The position numbers were made by a program, and so were the translations under genes. From an uncultured Methylomirabilota bacterium (lineage in GTDB: Bacteria; Methylomirabilota; Methylomirabilia; Methylomirabilales; 2-02-FULL-66-22), in NCBI GenBank assembly GCA_963845565.1, contig CAWJSJ010000001.1, positions 224,001-288,000 on the forward strand: a stretch of 64,000 nucleotides of DNA, read 5' to 3'. A model generated the notes under the pieces. It worked only from the letters and a program-made list of their open reading frames with translations, was not told the origin of the DNA and ran no database searches. This document shows positions 56,606 to 64,000 of this stretch, piece after piece. Position 1 is the first letter of the stretch; every line of letters begins with the position of its first letter.

Positions 56606-59278
56606 ATGCGCAAACGCACACCCCGCCCGACCCCGAAGCCGGCCGCGGTCCGCGCCGGCCGGCGAGCCGCCCCGCCCCGGCCCACACCCGTCCCCCGCTC
56701 TGGGGACGGCCGCTTCCCCATTGTCGGCATCGGGGCCTCCGCCGGGGGCCTGGAAGCCCTCGAGGAGTTTTTCCGGCACGTGCCGGCCGGCAGCGGCCTG
56801 GCCTTTGTGGTCGTCCAGCATCTCGACCCGACCCACAAGGGCCTCTTGCCCGAACTGCTCCAACGCGCGACCGGCATGCCGGTCCATCAGATCAAGGATC
56901 GGACCCGGGTCCAGCCGGACTGCGTGTACGTGATCCCGCCCAACACGGACCTGTCGATCCTCCGCGGCGTGCTGCACCTCCTCACGCCGGCCGCCCCGCG
57001 CGGCCTCCGTCTCCCGATCGACACCTTTTTCCGAGCGCTGGCGGCGGACTGGCACGAGCGCAGCGTCGCCGTCGTCCTGTCGGGCATGGGGACGGACGGC
57101 ACGCTGGGCGTCCGGGCCATCAAGGAGCAGGGGGGGCTCGTCCTGGTGCAGGAGCCGGCCTCGGCCAAGTTCGCCAGCATGCCCCAGAGCGTGCTCGCCG
57201 CGGGACTGGCGGACGTCGCGGCCCCGGCCGCCGCGTTGCCCCAGAAGCTCCTCGCCTGCCTCCAGCACGCCCCCCACGGGCCCTCGACCGAGCTCCCGCT
57301 GGGCGACAAGACCGAGAGCGGTTTGGAGAAGGCCCTGATCCTGCTCCGGGCGCACACCGGCCACGATTTTTCGCAGTATAAGAAGACGACCGTGTACCGG
57401 CGGATCGAACGGCGCATGAGCCTCCACCAGCTTGACACGATCGCGGCCTACGTCCGGTACCTGCAGGCGAATCCCCAGGAGATCGACTTGCTCTTCAAGG
57501 AGCTCTTGATCGGGGTGACCAGCTTCTTCCGCGACCCGGCGGCCTGGGAACAGCTCCAGACGCGCGGCCTCCCGGGGCTCCTGGCCGCCCGGCCGCCCGG
57601 CCAGCCCCTGCGGGCCTGGGTGCCCGGCTGCGCGACGGGGGAGGAGGCATACTCTCTGGCCATTGCCGTGACGGAGGTGCTGGCCGAGCGGACACCTCAG
57701 GCGCGATGGCCGCTGCAGATCTTTGGCACCGACCTGGACCGGGACGCCATCGACCGGGCCCGTCAGGGCGTCTTTCCGGACAACATCGCCGCCGACGTGT
57801 CCTCGGAGCGCCTGCAGCGCTTCTTCCGCAAGGAGCAGAGCGGGTATCGGGTCGCGCCCGCCATCCGGGGCCTGGTGACCTTTGCCCTGCAGAACGTCCT
57901 CGGACACCCGCCCTTCACCAAGCTGGATCTCCTGAGCTGCCGGAACCTGCTCATCTACCTGGACCCGGAGCTCCAAAAGAAACTCCTTCCTTTGTTCCAC
58001 TACAGCCTGAACCCCGGCGGCCTGCTGTTCCTGGGCAGCGCGGAGACCATCGGCGGCTTCAGCGACTTGTTTACCCCGCTGGCGGCCAAGGCTCGCCTCT
58101 ACCAGCGGAACGCCTCCGCCGGGCGGGCGGAGCTGATCGAGCTTCCCGCCGCGCCGCGGGGTGTCCGGCCCGCGGCGGCGGCCGCGCCCCGGGTGTTGCT
58201 TGCGCCCGTCAGCCTCCAGGCGCTGGCGGACCAGGTACTCCTCCAGCGCTATGCCCCGGCGGCGGTGCTGGTCGCCGCCCAGGGGGACATCCTGTACATC
58301 AGCGGGCGAACGGGCAAGTACCTCGAGCCGGCGAGCGGCAAGGTCAACTGGAACGTGCTGGCCATGGCCCGCGAGGGGCTGCGAGCCGCGCTGCCCGATG
58401 CCATCCGGCAGGCTCTCCGCAAGTCGGAGGAGGTCACGCTCCGACACCTCACGGTGCGGACCGAGGGGGGGGTGCAGGTCGTGGACGTCACCGTCCAGGC
58501 GCTCGCGGAGCCGGAGGCGTTGCGCGGGACGGTGTTGATCGCCTTCCGGGACGTGGCCGCGGTTCCTGCCCCGGCTCCCCCGCGGCGCGCCGCGCGCGGG
58601 GGCGCGCCGCGCGCCCACGTCGCCGCGCTCGACCGGGAGCTGCAACAGGCCCGCGAAGATGCCCGGGGCACCCAGGAGGAGATGCAGACGGCGCAAGAAG
58701 AGCTCAAGGCGACCAACGAGGAGCTCCAGGCGACCAACGAGGAGCTGCAATCGACCAACGAGGAGCTCCAGTCGACCAACGAGGAGCTGACCACCTCCAA
58801 GGAAGAGATGCAATCCTTGAACGAGGAGCTCCAGACCGTCAACGCCGAGCTCCAGGCCAAGGTGGAGGAGTTGTCGCGGGCGAGCGCCGACATGAAGAAC
58901 CTGCTCAACAGCACGGACATCGCCACCCTCTTCCTGGACGGCGCGCTCTGCGTCCGGCGCTTCACCGCCCAGGCGACCACGCTCATCAAGCTGATTCCCG
59001 GCGACCTGGGGCGCCCGGTCACCGACCTCGCGTCCGCGCTGCTGTATCCTGATCTCCCCGCGGACGCGCAGGAGGTCCTGCGGACCCTGACGCCCATCGA
59101 GAAGGAAATCGCGACCCGCGACGGGCGCTGGTTCACGGGGCGCCTGATGCCCTACCGCACGCTCGAGGACAAGATCGACGGCGTCGTGATCACCTTCAGG
59201 GAGGTCACGGCCGCCAAGACGCTGGAGGCGGAGCTTCGGCGGACGTTGGCCGCCCGGCCGGAGGCACCCCGTGCGTGA
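56606..59278 (+). CDS. CheB methylesterase/CheR methyltransferase/PAS fusion
   Basis: GIGASAGG, VQHL, LSGMGTDG, SFFRD, GCATGEE, CRNLLIY, LQSTNEE heptads. Confidence 0.95.
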   Translation: MRKRTPRPTPKPAAVRAGRRAAPPRPTPVPRSGDGRFPIVGIGASAGGLEALEEFFRHVPAGSGLAFVVVQHLDPTHKGLLPELLQRATGMPVHQIKDRTRVQPDCVYVIPPNTDLSILRGVLHLLTPAAPRGLRLPIDTFFRALAADWHERSVAVVLSGMGTDGTLGVRAIKEQGGLVLVQEPASAKFASMPQSVLAAGLADVAAPAAALPQKLLACLQHAPHGPSTELPLGDKTESGLEKALILLRAHTGHDFSQYKKTTVYRRIERRMSLHQLDTIAAYVRYLQANPQEIDLLFKELLIGVTSFFRDPAAWEQLQTRGLPGLLAARPPGQPLRAWVPGCATGEEAYSLAIAVTEVLAERTPQARWPLQIFGTDLDRDAIDRARQGVFPDNIAADVSSERLQRFFRKEQSGYRVAPAIRGLVTFALQNVLGHPPFTKLDLLSCRNLLIYLDPELQKKLLPLFHYSLNPGGLLFLGSAETIGGFSDLFTPLAAKARLYQRNASAGRAELIELPAAPRGVRPAAAAAPRVLLAPVSLQALADQVLLQRYAPAAVLVAAQGDILYISGRTGKYLEPASGKVNWNVLAMAREGLRAALPDAIRQALRKSEEVTLRHLTVRTEGGVQVVDVTVQALAEPEALRGTVLIAFRDVAAVPAPAPPRRAARGGAPRAHVAALDRELQQAREDARGTQEEMQTAQEELKATNEELQATNEELQSTNEELQSTNEELTTSKEEMQSLNEELQTVNAELQAKVEELSRASADMKNLLNSTDIATLFLDGALCVRRFTAQATTLIKLIPGDLGRPVTDLASALLYPDLPADAQEVLRTLTPIEKEIATRDGRWFTGRLMPYRTLEDKIDGVVITFREVTAAKTLEAELRRTLAARPEAPRA

Positions 59279-60932
59279 CGAGTCGAAGCTGCCGCCCGAT
59301 GCCCCCGCGCTGCGCCGCCGCGCGGAAGCACGCCTGCGCGCCACGGCGACGCGTCCCCCCGCGCCCCGCACCGCCGCCGACACCCAGCGGCTCCTCCACG
59401 AGCTCCAGGTTCACCAGGTGGAGCTGGAGCTGCAGAACGAGGAACTCCGCCAGGCGCGCGAGGCCGGCGAGGCGGCGCTGGCCCGGTACACCGCGCTCTA
59501 CGACGAGGCCCCGGTAGCGTATCTGACGCTCGACCGGGCCGGGGGCATCCGCGGCCTGAACCTCACCGGCGCCACCCTCCTGGGGGAAGCGCGCGCCGCG
59601 GTGGTGGGGACCCCGTTCCAGCGATTCCTCCCGGCGGACGCCCACCCCGTCGTCGAGGCCGTCCTCAAGGCCGCGGGCCCCGACCCGGACCCGCAGGCCG
59701 TCTGCGAGGTGCCTCTGCGGCCGACCGCGGGCCCCCTGCGGTTCGTGCGCCTCCAGGCCACCGCGGAAGCAGCCGGCGACGAGTGCCGCGTCGTGCTCAT
59801 CGACCTCACGGACCGCCGGCAACTGGAGGAGGCGCGGCTGCTCCGGAGCAAGCTGGAAGCCACGGGGGTCTTGGCGGCCGGGATCGCCCACGACTTCAAC
59901 AACCTGTTGATGGCCATCCTGGTGAACCTCGAGCTGCTCCGGGAGCCCACGGACGACGCCACGGCGTACCTCGCCGCCGCCATCCAAGCCGTGCTGGAGG
60001 CCCGTGGCCTGACGCAGCAGTTTCTCACCTTCGCCAAGGGCGGGCTGCCGGTCCGGCGGGTGCTCGCCCTGGCTGGCGTGGTCCGGGACGCCGCCACGCT
60101 CGTCCTGCGGGGGGCGCCGGTCGAGTGCGACCTCACACTGCCGACGGATCTCTGGCTGGTGGACGGGGATCCGACGCAGCTCGGCCAGGTCGTCCGGAAC
60201 CTCGTCCTGAACGCACGCGAGGCGATGCCCAAAGGCGGGCGAGTCACCATCCGGGCGGAGAACGTCGCAGAACCCACGGCGGGTGTGCGCGTGACCATCG
60301 CCGACCACGGGCCCGGGATCCCGGCGGACCTCCTGCCCAAGATTTTCGATCCGTACTTCTCGACCAAGCAACGCGGGGCCCAGCGGGGTACGGGCCTGGG
60401 CCTGACCGTTTGCCGGGCTATCGTAGAGCAGCACGGAGGCACCCTCACGGTGGACTCCACGGTGGGGGTTGGGACCACTGTCCAGATCGTGTTGCCCGCG
60501 GCCGTGGCGCTCGCGCACGCCGCGCTCCGCCCGGCGCCCCTCGCCCTGCCCGGGACCGGCCGGCTCCTGGTCATGGACGATGAGCCGTCGGTGCGGACCA
60601 CGCTCGGCGCGCTCCTCCAACGGCTGGGCTACACGGTCGAGCTGGCCGAGCGCGGCGAGGAGGCCGTGGCGCTGTATCAAGTGGCCCAGGCGCAGGGCGA
60701 CGGCTTCGCCGCGGTGATCCTCGACTTGACGGTGCGAGGGGGGATGGGGGGCGTGGCGACTCTCGAGGCACTGCGTCGACTCGATCCCGCCGTTACGGCG
60801 CTTGCGGTGAGCGGTTACGCCGACGATCCGGTCATCGTGGATCCCGTGCGGCACGGGTTCAAGGGGGCCCTCGCCAAACCCCACGGGATCGCCGCGCTGC
60901 GCGACCTCCTCGCCCAAGCGCTGGGGCGCTGA
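59271..60932 (+). CDS. Hybrid sensor histidine kinase (PAS-HisKA-HATPase-REC)
   Basis: ELQVHQVELELQNEEL, AHDFNN, DHGPG, GTGLGL, MDDE…ILD…KP. Confidence 0.93.
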   Translation: MRDESKLPPDAPALRRRAEARLRATATRPPAPRTAADTQRLLHELQVHQVELELQNEELRQAREAGEAALARYTALYDEAPVAYLTLDRAGGIRGLNLTGATLLGEARAAVVGTPFQRFLPADAHPVVEAVLKAAGPDPDPQAVCEVPLRPTAGPLRFVRLQATAEAAGDECRVVLIDLTDRRQLEEARLLRSKLEATGVLAAGIAHDFNNLLMAILVNLELLREPTDDATAYLAAAIQAVLEARGLTQQFLTFAKGGLPVRRVLALAGVVRDAATLVLRGAPVECDLTLPTDLWLVDGDPTQLGQVVRNLVLNAREAMPKGGRVTIRAENVAEPTAGVRVTIADHGPGIPADLLPKIFDPYFSTKQRGAQRGTGLGLTVCRAIVEQHGGTLTVDSTVGVGTTVQIVLPAAVALAHAALRPAPLALPGTGRLLVMDDEPSVRTTLGALLQRLGYTVELAERGEEAVALYQVAQAQGDGFAAVILDLTVRGGMGGVATLEALRRLDPAVTALAVSGYADDPVIVDPVRHGFKGALAKPHGIAALRDLLAQALGR

Positions 60933-60950
60933 ACAGGCCGGTGCCCGCTA

Positions 60951-61058
60951 CCGGAACGGATCAGGCGTTGCCGGTACGCGGTGACACCGCACCCATCCTG
61001 GCGGATGGGTACCCGGTCCGCTCATCACCACGTACGCTCCCGCTGCAGGCGGGAATGG
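60951..61058 (+). repeat. 108-bp dispersed repeat upstream of kaiC
   Basis: Inverted copy at 37660-37767. Confidence 0.85.
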
Positions 61059-61183
61059 CTGCCCGTTTCGGCGATTCTGCACTTGACACCAAGTGCCCCT
61101 CGGGCAATAATTCTTCAATCAGCCCCACGAGTCCCGCGAACAGGCTGTCATCGCGCCTGACTGTGCCCCAAGGAGAACCGCAC

Positions 61184-62887
61184 ATGGCGAGCCACCGGAA
61201 GCCGTCCGAGCGCGACGCGGTCTTGCCGAAGTGTCCCACCGGGATTTACGGGCTGGACGAGATCACGGAGGGCGGCCTCCCCAGGGGCCGCCCGACCCTC
61301 GTCTGCGGCACGGCCGGGTCTGGCAAGACGCTGCTCGCCATGGAGTTCCTGGTCCGGGGTATCACCGAGTTCCGCGAGCCCGGCGTGTTCATGACCTTCG
61401 AGGAGACGGCCGAGGAGCTGTCCGCCAACGTCGCCTCCTTGGGCTTCCACGTCCCTCGCTTGCTCCGGACCGGGCAGCTCGCGATCGACCATGTGCGCGT
61501 TGAGCGGAGCGAGATCGACGAGACCGGCGAGTATGACCTCGAGGGGCTCTTCATTCGCCTGGGCGCCGCCATCGACCGCACCGGGGCCAAGCGCGTCGTC
61601 CTGGACACCATCGAGGCCCTGTTCGCCGGGCTGTCCAACGAGGCGATCCTGCGGGCGGAGCTGCGCCGGCTGTTCCGCTGGCTCAAGGATAAACAGGTCA
61701 CCGCGATCATCACCGGCGAATTGGGAGACGGACACCTGACCCGCCACGGGCTGGAGGAGTACGTCAGCGACTGCGTCATCCTCTTGGATCATCGGGTGCA
61801 AAACCAGGTGGCCACCCGACGCCTCCGGATCGTGAAGTACCGGGGGTCCAAACACGGGACCAACGAGTACCCCGCCCTGATCGACGAGCACGGCCTGTCA
61901 GTCCTCCCTATCAGCTCCCTGGGCCTCACCTACCCGGTCAGTACGGAGCGGGTCTCCACCGGCATCCCCCGCCTGGATGCCATGCTGGGCGGCAAGGGCT
62001 ACTACCGGGGGAGCAGTATCCTCGTGTCCGGCACCGCGGGTACCGGCAAGACGAGCCTCGCCACGGCTTTCCTCGACCGGGTCTGCCGCCAGGGCGGCCC
62101 GGCTCTCTACTGCTCCTTCGAGGAGTCCCCGGACCAGATCATCCGCAATATGCGCTCCATCGGGTATGACCTGGACAAATGGCGGAAGGCCGGCCGGCTC
62201 CGGTTCCACTCCGTCCGGCCCTCACTCTACGGCCTGGAGATGCATCTCGCCACCCTCCACAAGCTGGTCGAGGAGTTCAAGCCCCGCGCGGTGGTCCTGG
62301 ACCCGATCACCAACATGCTGAGCATCGGCGACTCCCCCGAGGTCAAGGCGATGCTGACGCGGCTCATCGACTTCCTGAAGAACCGGGGGATCACCAGCGT
62401 CTTCACCAGCCTCACCGCGGGCGGTCACGACCTGGACCAGAGCGAGGTCGGCATCTCCTCCCTGATGGACTCCTGGCTGCTCGTCCGGATGCTGGAAACG
62501 AACGGTGAGCGGAACCGGCTTCTCTACGTGTTGAAGTCCCGGGGCATGGCCCACAGTAACCAGATGCGGGAGTTCCTCCTCACCGACGCGGGAATCCAGC
62601 TCCGGGATGTCTATGTCGGTCCCGGGGCGGTGTTCACCGGCTCGTCCCGCCTGGCGCAGGAGGCCCGGGACAAGGCCGACGGCCTGGCCGAGCAGGTGGC
62701 GGCCGCACGCCGCGAGCGGGAGCTGGTCCAGGAGCAGACGAGCCTGAAAGCCCAGGCCGCGGCGCTCCTGACGCGGGTGGGTCACATCAAGGAGGAGCTG
62801 CAGACGGCCCAGCAGCAGGCCCGGCGCCGGGCGGGGGCCACCCGCACCGACCAGGAAACCTTAGCGCGCGCCCGCAAGGCGGACTGA
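61184..62887 (+). CDS. kaiC: KaiC family double-domain ATPase
   Basis: Two P-loops (GTAGSGKT, GTAGTGKT), FEE, KYRG/KSRG, ISSLMD. Confidence 0.95.
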   Translation: MASHRKPSERDAVLPKCPTGIYGLDEITEGGLPRGRPTLVCGTAGSGKTLLAMEFLVRGITEFREPGVFMTFEETAEELSANVASLGFHVPRLLRTGQLAIDHVRVERSEIDETGEYDLEGLFIRLGAAIDRTGAKRVVLDTIEALFAGLSNEAILRAELRRLFRWLKDKQVTAIITGELGDGHLTRHGLEEYVSDCVILLDHRVQNQVATRRLRIVKYRGSKHGTNEYPALIDEHGLSVLPISSLGLTYPVSTERVSTGIPRLDAMLGGKGYYRGSSILVSGTAGTGKTSLATAFLDRVCRQGGPALYCSFEESPDQIIRNMRSIGYDLDKWRKAGRLRFHSVRPSLYGLEMHLATLHKLVEEFKPRAVVLDPITNMLSIGDSPEVKAMLTRLIDFLKNRGITSVFTSLTAGGHDLDQSEVGISSLMDSWLLVRMLETNGERNRLLYVLKSRGMAHSNQMREFLLTDAGIQLRDVYVGPGAVFTGSSRLAQEARDKADGLAEQVAAARRERELVQEQTSLKAQAAALLTRVGHIKEELQTAQQQARRRAGATRTDQETLARARKAD

Positions 62888-62905
62888 GGCGACGAAAGGA
62901 AAATC

Positions 62906-63247
62906 ATGACGACGACCAAGACCAGCCTCAAGCGGCGCAAGACTGCTCCCGTCAAGGCCCGTCGCACCCCGGCGACCTGGGACCTGCGACTGTACGTGGC
63001 TGGGCAGACCGCCCGGGCCATTCAGGCCTTCGCGAATCTCACGCGGATCTGCGAGGAGCATCTGGCCGGCAAGTACAACATCGAGGTGATCGACCTTCTG
63101 ACGTCGCCCCAACTGGCGAAGGGGCACCAGATCGTGGCCGTCCCCACCTTGGTGCGGAACCTGCCAGAGCCGGTGCGCAAGATCATCGGGGACCTCTCCA
63201 ATACGGAGAAGGTCCTCGTGGGCCTCGACCTGCGGCCGCGGTCCTGA
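62906..63247 (+). CDS. kaiB: KaiB family protein
   Basis: LRLYVAGQT…[18 protein letters not shown]. Confidence 0.93.
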   Translation: MTTTKTSLKRRKTAPVKARRTPATWDLRLYVAGQTARAIQAFANLTRICEEHLAGKYNIEVIDLLTSPQLAKGHQIVAVPTLVRNLPEPVRKIIGDLSNTEKVLVGLDLRPRS

Positions 63248-63266
63248 CGTGGGGGGGGGGCGTTCC

Positions 63267-63602
63267 ATGCGAAAGAAAGAGGATGCCACGGCCGCCTTGG
63301 CCCGCGCGGCCACGGCGCAGGCGCAGGCCCATTATCTGCTCAAGCTCTACGTCGCCGGCGTGACGCCGCGGTCTTCCAGCGCGATCCGGTCACTCACGGA
63401 GCTTTGCGAGACGCACCTCAAGGGGCGATACACGTTGGAGATCGTCGATCTCTACCGACAACCGACGCTGGCCGCAGGCGATCAGATTGTCGCCGCGCCT
63501 ACCCTGATCAAGAAGCTTCCGCTCCCGCTCCGGCGCCTGATCGGGGACATGGCCAACGAGGACAAGATCCTCGTCGGCCTGGATCTGAGGCCCAAGCCAT
63601 GA
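63267..63602 (+). CDS. kaiB: KaiB family protein (second copy)
   Basis: LKLYVAG.TPRS…PTLIKKLPLPLRRLIGD. Confidence 0.92.
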   Translation: MRKKEDATAALARAATAQAQAHYLLKLYVAGVTPRSSSAIRSLTELCETHLKGRYTLEIVDLYRQPTLAAGDQIVAAPTLIKKLPLPLRRLIGDMANEDKILVGLDLRPKP

Positions 63603-64000
63603 CCGAAAAGCGCAGCACCCCGAACCGCCTCGCCGCCCTCCAGACGGAGAACCAGGAGTTGCGCCACCGGCTCGAGGAAGCCGAGGAGGCGCTCCGGGCC
63701 ATCCGGGAAGGCGAGGTGGATGCCGTCGTGGTGACCGGAAGTCGGGGCACACAGATCTTCTCCCTGAGCGGCGTCGAAAGTGTCTACCGCCTGATCATAG
63801 AGACGATGCAGGAGGCGACCCTGACAGTGACCCCCGATGGCCTGATCCTGTGGTGCAACCCGCAGTTTGCGAAAATCTTCCAGAACCCGGTCGGCCAGAT
63901 CCTCGGGAAGCCTTTACAAATGTTTGTCATTCCGGAACACATTCCCAGGATCGACGCCCTGCTGGAACAGATCCGCGACGCCCCAGTGCGCGAGCGCGTC
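63599..64000 (+). CDS. PAS-domain protein, likely a sensor kinase (runs off the window end)
   Basis: LEEAEEALRAIREGEVDAVVV…YRLIIETMQE…DGLILWCN; overlaps the kaiB stop (ATGA). Confidence 0.8.
   Translation, partial: MTEKRSTPNRLAALQTENQELRHRLEEAEEALRAIREGEVDAVVVTGSRGTQIFSLSGVESVYRLIIETMQEATLTVTPDGLILWCNPQFAKIFQNPVGQILGKPLQMFVIPEHIPRIDALLEQIRDAPVRERV

Noticed and set aside
58690..58850. 21-bp tandem repeats
   Set aside because: These encode the normal LQSTNEE heptads of CheB/CheR fusion proteins.
63251..63260. Poly-G tract as a phase-variation switch
   Set aside because: It is intergenic, overlaps the likely RBS region, and homopolymer lengths are unreliable in this sequence.
61184..63602. 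A true circadian clock
   Set aside because: No kaiA in the window, and kaiBC with kinases are widespread in non-photosynthetic bacteria.

Overview
This is a GC-rich bacterial accessory region; the taxon cannot be determined from the sequence. It is packed with genes typical of general-stress or dormancy regulons: CsbD, five BON proteins, two PRC-barrel proteins, YtxH, dodecin, OmpA, a Spy/CpxP domain, an orphan DnaK, a truncated OtsA/B, non-haem chloroperoxidase, hemerythrin and a metallothionein. It ends in a CheB/CheR - hybrid kinase - KaiC-KaiB-KaiB - PAS-protein signalling cluster. The main signal is non-coding: a promoter architecture repeated 12 times on both strands. Each copy has a tandem pair of 14-bp palindromes (TCCGA-N4-TCGGA, 5-bp spacer) and a sigma54-type GG-N10-GC element with an unusual TGGA(T/C)C -24 box, whose GG lies 101-103 bp downstream of the palindrome pair. 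Most copies also have an IHF-like box about 54-55 bp upstream of the GG. Many of these promoters first drive 24-59-aa membrane microproteins absent from the ORF track, and a broken sigma54 enhancer-binding-protein gene abuts one copy. I infer a sigma54/bEBP-controlled general-stress regulon. Also present are a coiled-coil protein occurring as 1-repeat and 12-repeat paralogues on an inverted duplication, a divergent DAC-like gene beside a tRNA-like fragment, a block of phage-like small ORFs and dispersed palindromic repeats. Many genes carry single-base frameshifts, probably long-read consensus errors.
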